This document shows positions 1-9,321 of a stretch of 64,000 nucleotides of DNA, in pieces. The stretch lies in the NCBI GenBank assembly GCA_963841735.1, contig CAWJDT010000001.1, forward strand, positions 576,001 through 640,000. Reading direction: 5' to 3'. The translations under genes were made by a program, and so were the position numbers. The notes beneath the pieces are model-generated. The model was not told the origin of the DNA, did not search any database, and worked only from the letters and a program-made list of their open reading frames with translations. Numbering within the stretch: the stretch's first letter is position 1; each line of letters starts with the position of its first letter. The stretch comes from an uncultured Actinomycetes bacterium (GTDB taxonomy: Bacteria > Actinomycetota > Thermoleophilia > RBG-16-64-13).

Positions 1-297
1 GCCCGGTCCGAGAACGATCCCGGTGCTGCCCAGGCAGTCGAGCCGGCAGTAGTCGCCTATGCTCACACCTCTACTCAAACGGAGATACCGAGCGTTTGTG
101 ACTACCACGCGACGACCCACGAACACCGGACACACCAAACGGCGCGTACGCAGCGCCAAAACGAGTCCTCGGAGAGCCATACCCAGACGACGCATCAAGA
201 ATCCAAGCAGCACGAGACCCGAGATCGACGGGTCGATGCCAAAAGACGCGTCACCCTTTGTGCGCCGCCCAAGTACTTCGAGAATCCTTCGCAGCAT
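1..297 (-). CDS. acyltransferase, hexapeptide-repeat family (partial, runs off the window start)
   Basis: Not in the ORF track. Open frame from ATG at 297: MLRRILEVLG...PVFVGRRVVVTNARYLRLSRGVSIGDYCRLDCLGSTGIVLGPG, resembling left-handed beta-helix repeats. Confidence 0.6.
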   Translation of the reverse strand, partial: MLRRILEVLGRRTKGDASFGIDPSISGLVLLGFLMRRLGMALRGLVLALRTRRLVCPVFVGRRVVVTNARYLRLSRGVSIGDYCRLDCLGSTGIVLGPG

Positions 298-387
298 GTC
301 TAGATGCCTTTCGTGGTCGTCGCTCTGTGCTGACTATAACAGGCCGATTGGCCCGTGATCGCTGCACATCGCGGTATCATGCCCGGT

Positions 388-1541
388 ATGAAAAACAGAT
401 CGACCACCAACAGAGATCGCCGCGTTCGGCTTCAGATCCATCCCCTCCCAGCCGGGTTGCGCCGGGGGCGACAAGTGCGCCGAGGAGCTGTTCCCGCGAC
501 TGGTCGCCCGCGGCTTCCCCGTGACCGCCTACAACCGCGTCTACAACGACACCGATCAGCTCCCCGACACCTACAAGGGCGTCAAGCTGGTCAACCTGAA
601 GACGATCAAGACCAAGGGCTTCGACACCCTGCTGCACTCTCTCAAGGCCACCTGGCACATCCTGCGCCACAACACCGCCGACATCGTGCACATCCGCAAC
701 GGTGGCAACAGCATGTGGGCCATCCCGCTGCGCCTGTTCGGCAAGAAGGTCTACGTCAGCGAGGACGGCGTCGACTGGCAGCGCGACAAGTGGCCCTGGT
801 ACGGCAAGGTCTATCTGTACTTGTCCAGCTTCATCACCGCCCGGGTGCCGACCACGGTGATCTTCGACAACATCTTCGCCAAGGAGGCGTTCGAGAAACG
901 CTTCGGGCGAGAGTACGTCTTCATCTCCACCGGCAGTGAGAGCCCCGACGAAACGTTGGACCCCGGTGTTCTCGGCGAGTTCGGGTTGGAGCCAGGTGGC
1001 TACTTCCTCTTTGTCGGCAGGTTCATCCCCGAGAAAGGTCTGCGGTACTTGGTGTCGGCGTTCGAGCGCACCCAGACCGACAAGAAACTGGTTCTGGTGG
1101 GAGGCTCGCCCAATCCCGCGGGCTTCGAGGCCGAGATCCGGGCCACGCAGGACCCGCGGGTGGTCTTTCCGGGCTTCGTCTACGGCACCACGGTGCACGC
1201 CCTCATGAAGTACGCCTACGCGTACGTTCAGCCCTCGGACATCGAAGGTCTGTCGCCGGTGATTCTGGAGAACATGGGGCTGGGTGTTCCGGTTATCTGC
1301 AGTGATATCCCCGAGAACCTCTATGCGGTCGCCGACACGGCTCTGACGTTCAAGAAGAGCGACACCGACGATCTGGCCCGAGTGCTGCGCTATGCTCTGG
1401 ACAATCCCGATGTGCTGAGAGACAACGCCGCCCGGGCCGAGCAAAGGGCCGCGCAACAGTTCAGCTTGGGATGCCGTCGCCGATCAACATGCCCAGCTGT
1501 TCACCGCAGGGCGACCTCCCGCAACGACACCGGCGAAATGA
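388..1541 (+). CDS. glycosyltransferase family 4 (apparent frameshifts at ~391-395 and ~1467)
   Basis: IAAFGFRSIP N-terminus, LFVGRFIPEKG and PSDIEGLSPVILE GT-B motifs. ATG 388 is one base out of frame across an A5 run. The C-terminus WDAVADQHAQLF...K* lies in another frame, stop at 1539-1541. Confidence 0.85.
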
Positions 1542-2396
1542 CCGAGAACGGTCTCTGGCAAGACGCTGATCCTCGGCTGCCGGGGCATGCTCGGCTCGGC
1601 CTGCATGCGCGTCTTCGGTGCCGACACGGTGGGGTGCGACCTCGCCGAATTCGACATCGCCGACCGGCAGAGCACCCTGGCGAACATCGCCCGCCTTCGG
1701 CCCGAGCTGATCGTCAACTGCGCCGCCGCCACCGACGTCGACCGGTGCGAGACCGACCACGACTACGCCGACCCCGCCAACACGGTCGGCCCGGGCAACG
1801 TGGCCGCGGCAGCCGCGGCCGTGGGGGCCCGGATGGTCCACATATCAACCGACTTCGTTTTTGACGGGGCGAAGGGCGAGAGCTACGTGGAGACCGACGC
1901 CCCCGCGCCCCTCAGCCACTACGGACTGTCGAAGCTCCGGGGCGAAGAGGCCGTGTTGTCCGCCCTGCCCGGCGCCCTCATCGTGCGCACCTCCTGGCTC
2001 TATGGGGCGGGGGGCGCGCACTTCCCTGCCAAGGTGCTCAGCTGGGCCGCCTCGGCCACAGAGATCAGGGTGGTCGACGACCAGTTCGGCAGCCCCACCT
2101 ATGCCGAAGACCTCGCCGACGCCCTGCGCGCTCTTGCGGAGACGGGGGCGCACGGGATCTACCATCTGGGAGGCGCCGGCTGCGTCAGCCGCGCCGGATG
2201 GGCCCGGGAGATCCTGGCCCTGGCGGGCAAGCAGGTGGAGGTGCTGCCCGCGGCTACCTCGGACTTCCCGCTCCCGGCGGCCCGGCCCCCCCACAGCTGT
2301 CTGGACTGCTCCAAGGCGGCCGGACTCGGGGTCGAGCTGCCGCCCTGGCAAGACGGCCTCGCCCGCTACATCCGCTCCTGCCAAGACCCTTGCTAG
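1538..2396 (+). CDS. rmlD: dTDP-4-dehydrorhamnose reductase (probable 1-nt indel near the start)
   Basis: LILGCRGMLG Rossmann motif, HISTDFVFDG, YGLSK, VVDDQFGSPT, ARPPHSCLD. Confidence 0.9.
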
Positions 2397-2437
2397 AATG
2401 AAAGCCTGAGCTCGACACGAGGGGAGGGACAAGACTG

Positions 2438-3310
2438 ATGAAGGGCATCGTTCTGGCGGGAGGATCGGGCACCAGGCTCTATCCGGCCACCCGCGTGGTG
2501 AGCAAGCAGCTCATGCCGGTCTACGACAAGCCCATGATCTACTACCCCCTGTCGACACTGCTCCTGGCGGGCATCCGGGACATCCTCATCATCTCCACCC
2601 CCACGGACCTGCCTCGCTTTCGAGGAGCTGCTGGGCGACGGCTCGTGGCTGGGGGTCTCGTTCTCCTACAAAGCCCAGCCTCGGCCCGAGGGACTGGCCC
2701 AGGCCTTCATTCTTGGCCGAGAGTTCCTCGAGGGAGGCCCGGCCTGCCTCATCCTGGGCGACAACATCTTCTACGGCCACGGTTTCAAGGAGCGCCTGCG
2801 GACGGCCACCGAACTCATGGAGGGCGCCCTCATCTTCGGGTACCGGGTGCACGAACCCGAGCACTACGGCGTGGTCGAGGTGGACGAGCAGGGACTCGCT
2901 CTCAGCATCGAGGAGAAGCCCAAAGAGCCGCGCTCCAACTACGCCGTGCCCGGTCTGTATTTCTACGACCGGGACGTCTGCGACATCGCCGCGGCGCTCA
3001 CCCCTTCCGCCCGCGGAGAGCTGGAGATCACCGACGTCAACCGCACCTACATGCAGCGGGGTCAGTTGCGAGTGGAGAAGCTGGGCAGGGGTATCGCCTG
3101 GCTCGACACCGGCACTCACGAGGCGCTGCTGAAAGCCTCCCATTTCATCCAGGTCATCGAAGAGCGGCAGGGCCTCAAGGTCGCCTGCCTGGAGGAGATC
3201 GCCTACCGCCAGGGCTACATCGACGAAGCGCAGCTGGAGGCTCTGGCCGCCGGCATGAAGGGCAACGCCTACGGCCGCTATCTCGAGCAAGTGCTGGAAG
3301 AGGAGTCTAG
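2438..3310 (+). CDS. rmlA: glucose-1-phosphate thymidylyltransferase (frameshifts at ~2619 and ~3303)
   Basis: [16 protein letters not shown]...[15 protein letters not shown], continuing in a second frame with [25 protein letters not shown] and WLDTGT. Confidence 0.93.
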   Translation: MKGIVLAGGSGTRLYPATRVVSKQLMPVYDKPMIYYPLSTLLLAGIRDILIISTPTDLPRFRGAAGRRLVAGGLVLLQSPASARGTGPGLHSWPRVPRGRPGLPHPGRQHLLRPRFQGAPADGHRTHGGRPHLRVPGARTRALRRGRGGRAGTRSQHRGEAQRAALQLRRARSVFLRPGRLRHRRGAHPFRPRRAGDHRRQPHLHAAGSVASGEAGQGYRLARHRHSRGAAESLPFHPGHRRAAGPQGRLPGGDRLPPGLHRRSAAGGSGRRHEGQRLRPLSRASAGRGV

Positions 3311-3324
3311 GAGACAGGAGCATC

Positions 3325-3781
3325 ATGATCGACGGAGTGATGGTCAAGACGCTCAAGGTCATTCCCGACGACCGCGGGCGCCTCATGGAGATCATGCGGT
3401 GCGACGACGAGCACTTCGAGCGCTTTGGCCAGGTCTACATGACCACCACCTACCCGGGAGTGGTCAAGGCTTGGCACATGCACCGATCTTCAGACCGACC
3501 ACATGACGGCCGTGCACGGCATGTTCAGGCTTGCTTTGTACGACGCCCGCGAGGGTTCGCCCACCAAGGGAGAGCTCCAAGAGGTGTACATGGGCGTCCA
3601 CAACCCGGTCATGGTCCGCATTCCCCCGGGCGTCTATCACGGCTGGATCTGCGTCTCGGAGGAGGAGGGCATCGTCGTGAACGTGCCCGATCTTCCCTAC
3701 GACCGCGACCAACCCCGACGAGTACCGCTTGCCGCCCGATACCGCTGAGATCCCCTACGACTGGTCCCGGCGGCAGGCTAG
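3325..3781 (+). CDS. rmlC: dTDP-4-dehydrorhamnose 3,5-epimerase family (split by frameshifts)
   Basis: [27 protein letters not shown] and DEYRLPP...IPYDW spread over three frames; lies between rmlA and rmlB. Confidence 0.85.
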
Positions 3782-3800
3782 CCGGCTCCCTGGAGAACAC

Positions 3801-4825
3801 ATGACTGCACCGACTTCGACAGCGAGCCCTGCGCCTGCGTACCGACCGGAACGAGTCCTCGTCACCGGCGGCTGCGGCTTCATCGGCTCCAACTTCATCC
3901 GCCATCTTCTCGGCACCGATCCGCGGGTGAGCGTGGTGAACCTGGACGCCCTCACCTACGCCGGCAATCCCGAGAACCTCGCCGACGTCGAGGCCGGCTA
4001 CGCCGAGCGCTACCGCTTCGTCCACGGCGACATCCGCCGGCATGAGGACGTCGCAGAGGCCATGCGCGGCTGCGACACGGTGGTGCACTTCGCCGCCGAG
4101 AGCCATGTGGACCGCTCCATCGCCAAGGCGCACGACTTCATCACCACCAACGTCGAGGGCACCTACGTCCTGCTGGAAGAGGCGCGGCGCGCCGGCATCG
4201 GCCGCTTTCTGCACATCTCCACCGACGAGGTCTATGGCTCCACCGAGTCACGGGTCGTTCAGCGAGACCGACCGGCTGGAGCCCTCGAGCCCCTACTCGG
4301 CCTCCAAGACGGCCTCCGATCTCCTGGTGCTCTCCTATCACACCACCTTCGGCCTGCCGGTGGTGATCACCCGCAGCACCAACAACTTCGGGCCCTATCA
4401 GTTCCCGGAGAAGCTCATCCCGCTCTTCGTGACCAATCTTCTCGAGAGCAGGCCGGTGCCCCTGTACGGTGACGGTCTCAACGTGCGCGACTGGATCTAC
4501 GTGCTCGACAACTGCCGCGCGCTCGAGACGCGTGCTCCGCCATGGCGCCATCGGCGAGATCTACAACGTGGGAGCGGCCAACGAGGTCACCAACCGGTTC
4601 ATCACCTCCTCGGTGCTCGAATCGCTCGGCGTCGGCGAAGAGATGGTGGAGTACGTCACCGACCGTCTGGGCCACGACCGGCGCTACTCGGTGACCACCG
4701 ACAAGGTGCGGGCTCTGGGCTGGGCGCCCGAGCGCGATTTCGCACAGGCTCTCGCGGAGACCGTGGCCTGGTACCGCGACAACCCCGGGTGGTGGAAGAG
4801 CCTCAAGGCGCGGGCGGCATTCTAG
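3801..4825 (+). CDS. rmlB: dTDP-glucose 4,6-dehydratase (frameshifts at ~4250 and ~4530)
   Basis: VLVTGGCGFIGSN, HFAAESHVDRSI, HISTDEVYG, PYSASK, NNFGPYQFPEKLIP, DRLGHDRRY. Confidence 0.93.
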
Positions 4826-4863
4826 GTCGTGACGGCTCCCGCCCGCGCGGCGCGCGTGGGCCC

Positions 4864-5079
4864 TCAGGCGGCGACCACCTGCACGACCCTGCCGGTCGAC
4901 GAGGGCGTGGGGACCGGTTGTCCGCTGCTCCTGAGATCTCCTACGTGGAGCTCGATGGCCTCTTGGATCAGCGCCAGGACCTCTTCCTCCGTGTCGCCGA
5001 CGGCCACGCAACCGGGAAGATCCGGCACATATGCTCCATACGAAGCCAGACCTTTCTCGACCACCACGAGATACCGCAT
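4864..5079 (-). CDS. hicB: HicB-family antitoxin
   Basis: MRYLVVVEKG..SYGAYVPDLPGCVAVGDTEEEVLALIQEAIELH, 71 aa, directly downstream of hicA. Confidence 0.9.
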   Translation of the reverse strand: MRYLVVVEKGLASYGAYVPDLPGCVAVGDTEEEVLALIQEAIELHVGDLRSSGQPVPTPSSTGRVVQVVAA

Positions 5080-5081
5080 TG

Positions 5082-5276
5082 TCACTCCCGCCCCTTCAGG
5101 CCGGCCTGCTCGAGTACGCTGTTCAACGTCCCTGGAGGCACGTCCCCGCCTGGCTTCCCCGCGATGGTCACTGTTCCCCGATGGATCGGGTGATGGAACT
5201 GACGATGGCTGCCTTTCATTCGGACCTGAAACCATCCGTTTGCCTCGATGAGTGCGATGAGTTCGCGAACCTTCAT
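5082..5276 (-). CDS. hicA: HicA-family mRNA interferase toxin
   Basis: MKVRELIALIEANGWFQVRMKGSHRQFHHP...GTLNSVLEQAGL, with the GSH motif, 64 aa. Confidence 0.92.
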   Translation of the reverse strand: MKVRELIALIEANGWFQVRMKGSHRQFHHPIHRGTVTIAGKPGGDVPPGTLNSVLEQAGLKGRE

Positions 5277-5408
5277 CCACCGTTCCGTTTCAGTGTACCT
5301 CGCGCGGGTCGGGTTTGGGCTCAGATGAGAGAGCCAGTGGTCCCCTTCCATCCACGTCCATGATGCACTGTTCGGTCATGCAGACCATCAGACTTTGGGT
5401 CTAGGCCG

Positions 5409-5507
5409 GTCCTCGATTATGATGCAGACGGCAATGTGGTGGGCATTGAGGCACTGAATGCCTCGATGAGAGTGGACAATCCACTCGAATACGCGGCACG
5501 AATCTGA
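5409..5507 (+). pseudogene. C-terminal remnant of a DUF2283-like antitoxin
   Basis: Translates as VLDYDADGNVVGIEALNASMRVDNPLEYAARI*; the N-terminal half and a start codon are missing. Confidence 0.6.
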
Positions 5508-5577
5508 GGCTCTTCCCTCGGCTCAACCGCCTCTTGCCCCGGTCGGTCCCTGCCATCGTCCTGTATTCTTGGCTGAC

Positions 5578-7023
5578 ATGATCATCCAACCCATAATCCT
5601 AGCGGGCGGCTCAGGCACCAGACTATGGCCGGCCTCGCGCCAGAGTCATCCGAAGCAGTTGCTGGCGCTCGCCGGCCCCTACTCGTTTCTGCAGGAGACC
5701 GCCCGGAGGCTGCAGAGTTTCGCGGCGGCGGCGATCGCGAACCCCATCGTTGTCACCAACGAAGACTACCGCTTCATGGTGGCCGATCAGCTGCGCGAGA
5801 TCGGCGTCACGGCTCCCCGCATCGTTCTGGAGCCGGTGGGACGCAACACCGCACCTGCCATGACCCTGGCCGCTCTTCTGCTCGCCGACGACGGAGACGA
5901 CCCGGTGCTGCTTGTCGCGGCTTCCGACCACCTCATCCAGAACGTCCCCGCGTTTCTCGCCGCGGTGACCGAGGGCGCGCAGCAGGCCGAGGCGGGTATG
6001 TTGGTCACCTTCGGCATCGTCCCCAACCAAGCCGAGACCGGCTATGGCTACATCCGCGTGGGCCGGCCGGTTGCCGAGGCGCCCACCGCTCGTCTGTTGT
6101 CCGGCTTCACCGAGAAGCCCGACGCGGCCACCGCCGCGCACTATCTGGCCGAGGGCGACTATCTTTGGAACAGCGGCATCATCATGGCCAAGCGCTCGGT
6201 CTGGCTTGCGGCCCTGGAATGGTGCCGGCCCGACATCCTGGCCGCCTGCCGGGCGGCTGTGGCCGGACAGTCCACCGACGGGCTCTTCGTGCGCGTGGAC
6301 AAGGCCGCCTTCGCCGCCTGCCCGGCCGAATCCATGGACTACGCCGTCCTGGAGAAGCTCGGTCCAGGCCAGGCTGTAGTGGTGCCGCTCGACGCGGGTT
6401 GGTCGGACATCGGCGCCTGGGAGGCCCTCTGGGGCGTGCTCCAAAAGGACGAAACAGGCAACGCTGTCCGAGGAGATGTCATCCTCGAAGACACACGTGG
6501 GTCCCTGGTATACGCCGATTCCCGCTTGGTGACGGTGCTCGGTGCCGACGACCTGGTGGTCATCGAGACCGCCGACGCGGTGCTGGTGGCTCCAAAGAAC
6601 AAGACCGCCGACCTCAAGAAGCTCGTGACCCGGGTGCAACAGGAGCACCCCGAGCTCACCGCCCACCACCGCCAGGTGCACCGCCCCTGGGGCCGCTTCG
6701 ATTCTATAGACAGAGGCGAGCGCTTTCAGGTGAAGCACATCGTGGTATCCCCTGGAGCAAGTCTGAGCCTGCAACTGCACAAGCGCCGGGCCGAGCACTG
6801 GGTGGTGGTGAGCGGCGTCGCGGACATCACCTGCGGCGACAAGGTCTTCCGCTTGGGCGAGGACGAATCCACCTACGTGCCCATCGACACCCCTCACCGC
6901 CTGCACAACCCCGGCACCGAGCCGCTGGAGATCATCGAAGTACAGTCGGGTGACTACCTGGGCGAGGACGATATCGTCCGCCTGGAGGACAGCTACGGGC
7001 GCATGGGTGACGCGGGCGCCTGA
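5578..7023 (+). CDS. manC: mannose-1-phosphate guanylyltransferase / mannose-6-phosphate isomerase
   Basis: [34 protein letters not shown]-terminal cupin RPWG...SLQLH..RAEHW. Confidence 0.95.
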   Translation: MIIQPIILAGGSGTRLWPASRQSHPKQLLALAGPYSFLQETARRLQSFAAAAIANPIVVTNEDYRFMVADQLREIGVTAPRIVLEPVGRNTAPAMTLAALLLADDGDDPVLLVAASDHLIQNVPAFLAAVTEGAQQAEAGMLVTFGIVPNQAETGYGYIRVGRPVAEAPTARLLSGFTEKPDAATAAHYLAEGDYLWNSGIIMAKRSVWLAALEWCRPDILAACRAAVAGQSTDGLFVRVDKAAFAACPAESMDYAVLEKLGPGQAVVVPLDAGWSDIGAWEALWGVLQKDETGNAVRGDVILEDTRGSLVYADSRLVTVLGADDLVVIETADAVLVAPKNKTADLKKLVTRVQQEHPELTAHHRQVHRPWGRFDSIDRGERFQVKHIVVSPGASLSLQLHKRRAEHWVVVSGVADITCGDKVFRLGEDESTYVPIDTPHRLHNPGTEPLEIIEVQSGDYLGEDDIVRLEDSYGRMGDAGA

Positions 7024-7036
7024 GGCCGCACGTGCC

Positions 7037-7456
7037 TCAGGCTGTGAACGGATCGATCAGCGTCAGACCTTCGATGCCCGCGAAGTCGGCGGTGTTGCGC
7101 GTGGCAAGGGTGAATCCGCCCGCTAGGGCCACAGCAGCGATCTGCGCGTCCTCGACACTGATGGGACGCCCGGTGCGCACCCGGTGCGACACCAGCCCTG
7201 CATAACACGAAGCGGCGCGTTCGTCGAAAGCGAGACAGCGACCGTGGAACTCAGCCAACGCGCGTGCCGCGGCCACCTGTAGGCCCTGCTTGCGCCGACC
7301 CTCGGGCAGCAGGGCGACACCCAGTTCGATCTCAGCGCGTGTCACCGCCGAGATGTATAGGTCGTGCTGGGGCTGAGCATCGATCCAGGCCAGCGCCGAC
7401 GGGGAAGGCTCTCGCCGCATTAGTTCGGACAGCACGTTCGTATCGAGTAGGATCAT
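7037..7456 (-). CDS. vapC: PIN-domain VapC/FitB toxin
   Basis: MILLDTNVLSE, DAQIAA, LATRNTADF. Confidence 0.93.
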   Translation of the reverse strand: MILLDTNVLSELMRREPSPSALAWIDAQPQHDLYISAVTRAEIELGVALLPEGRRKQGLQVAAARALAEFHGRCLAFDERAASCYAGLVSHRVRTGRPISVEDAQIAAVALAGGFTLATRNTADFAGIEGLTLIDPFTA

Positions 7457-7467
7457 GCCCAGCAGCG

Positions 7468-7710
7468 CTAGAAGTCCGGGGCCGGACGGCCGGCGGCACG
7501 AGGCGGTATCTCGAGGTCAAAGGAGCCACTCTCCGCGAAGTACTCGTGCACGCGGCTGCCCAGGCCACCGACGTCGTCGGCCGGCGTCATGAGGGCACGG
7601 CGAAGGATCTGCCGGGCGGCTTCTTCCATGGAATAGCCTCGCCGGGCGGCTTCCAGCCGCAACCGGCTCTTGAGAGTCTCATCGAGGCCGCGGATGGTCA
7701 GGCTGGCCAC
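7468..7710 (-). CDS. FitA-like ribbon-helix-helix antitoxin
   Basis: GTG start after a GGGAGGG RBS; ASLTIRGLDETLKSRLRLEAARRGYSMEEAARQIL. Confidence 0.85.
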   Translation of the reverse strand: MASLTIRGLDETLKSRLRLEAARRGYSMEEAARQILRRALMTPADDVGGLGSRVHEYFAESGSFDLEIPPRAAGRPAPDF

Positions 7711-7734
7711 GGTCCCTCCCCGCACGGTGCCGAT

Positions 7735-7765
7735 TGCATTCACTGCTATCAATGCAGTCATTCTA
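7735..7765 (-). promoter_or_regulatory. -10 box and probable antitoxin operator of the fitA/vapC operon
   Basis: Minus strand reads TAGAAT overlapping TGACTGCA-t-TGATAGCA-g-TGAATGCA (three 8-mers with 9-bp period). Confidence 0.55.
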
Positions 7766-7907
7766 GCACCACCGATCTTCCGACGTCGTCGCGCACGAAA
7801 GCGAGGTTACAACTTCTGAGTCTACCGAGATCTGCAACGGAAGTTGGAGCATGGCCCGGCTGTTCCAGCGGTGATCGGAATGCTCGAAGTGTAGCCTGGG
7901 TGGTATG

Positions 7908-7950
7908 ATGTGGGCATTATGGGCTATCCGCTGATACATAGTGCACACAT
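7908..7950 (+). promoter_or_regulatory. imperfect inverted repeat, probable AbiEi operator
   Basis: ATGTGGGCATTATG-N15-CATAGTGCACACAT (12/14 complementary), abutting an extended -10 TGGTATGAT. Confidence 0.5.
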
Positions 7951-8545
7951 GCGTACAGCAGGCAGCGCGCCTGATCTCGACGCTCTCTACGCCATCGCGG
8001 AGCCCAAGGAGGGCTATTTCACCGCGTCCGCGGCCGAGGCAGCCCGGTACTCACGGTCTCTGCTCGCCCATCATGTCAAAACCGGCATGCTCGAACGGGT
8101 CGAGCACGGCATCTACAGGCTCAGACGGTACCCAGAATCTCCGCGGGCGGACCTCATCGTTGCCGAACTCCGCGCGGGACCCTTTGCGGCTATATCCCAC
8201 GAGAGTGCCCTGGAGGTTTATGGCCTTTCGGATGTGCTCCCGTCAGAAGTCCACGTGACTGTGCCCCGCACGGCTTCCAGGCGCCGCGGCGGGGTCAGAC
8301 TCCATACAGGCCGCATGGAAGCAGAGGACGCGACCACCCGCGACGGCATCACTGTTACCACAGTCGAGAGAACCATAGCCGACGTAGCTCGTTCGGGCCT
8401 TCCTGAACAACTCGTTCTGCAGGCTATCCACCAGGCAGTCGAACTGGGTCTCACGACGCCCGCTCAGCTTACGCGATTCGCCGACCGACGCGGCGGTCGA
8501 GCTAAGAAGCTCGTCCACGCGGCCCTTGATAGGGTAGCGGCATGA
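7949..8545 (+). CDS. type IV TA AbiEi-family antitoxin
   Basis: N-terminal winged HTH (GYFT..A...LERVEHGIYRL), ISHESAL and VTTVERTIAD; ATGA overlap with the toxin. Confidence 0.85.
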   Translation: MRTAGSAPDLDALYAIAEPKEGYFTASAAEAARYSRSLLAHHVKTGMLERVEHGIYRLRRYPESPRADLIVAELRAGPFAAISHESALEVYGLSDVLPSEVHVTVPRTASRRRGGVRLHTGRMEAEDATTRDGITVTTVERTIADVARSGLPEQLVLQAIHQAVELGLTTPAQLTRFADRRGGRAKKLVHAALDRVAA

Positions 8546-9274
8546 TATACACAAGCGCCGCGGCCTTTCGCATGGCCCTTGAACAGCGCTTGAGACAGCA
8601 TTCTCTTGCGACGGCCGCCCCACTGGTCCGCCTCCGCAAGACCGTGGCATTTGACCGCCTGCTGGCGCGCTTGTCCGTCGATGGCGACCAAGGGTGGGTG
8701 CTGAAGGGCGGTTTTGCGCTGCAACTGCTGTTCTCAGGGCGGGCACGAACGACCAAGGACATCGACCTCCACATAGGCGAGACGGCGGACCAGGCCGGCG
8801 CACTCCTGCGGCAGGCCGCTCTCATAGACCTTGGCGACTTCTTCTCGTTCACGGTCTCGGCGGCGCCGGCCGCCGATGAAAGGGCGCCCCGCTTTGGAGT
8901 GCAGACCCGCGTCGACGGGCGGGTCTGGGAGGAGTTCCACGTGGACCTCGGCGCGGGAGAACCCATGGTCGGCACCCCCGTCCGGAGGACTGTCACGGAC
9001 TTGCTCGCCTTCGCGGACGTACCCCCGGTCGCCTTCGCCTGTTACCCATTGGCGCAGCAGCTGGCTGAGAAGGTTCACGCTCTCACGCGCCCTCGAGGCA
9101 GCTGCTCCCAGTAGTTGGGCACCTGAATACCGCCGGATGGCACGTGAGCTGTCGCTTCGCGGGACTTCGCTGCAAGAGGGACAGCGTTTGGCCTCGGATT
9201 TTGTAGATCCCGTTCTCGAGGGTCGAAAGCACGGCCACTGGTCGCCTGAGGCAGGCAGTTGGGTCGACCAGTAG
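8542..9274 (+). pseudogene. AbiEii/AbiGii nucleotidyltransferase toxin, apparently internally deleted and frameshifted
   Basis: WVLKGG, ARTTKDIDL and LAEKVHA, then a stop at 9114. The C-terminal piece APSSWAPEYRRMA...FVDPVL...WSP lies in another frame. Confidence 0.7.
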
Positions 9275-9321
9275 ACCAAGATGCTACTGTTGTCCGAGCC
9301 ATTCCCAGGAAAGGAGCGAAC

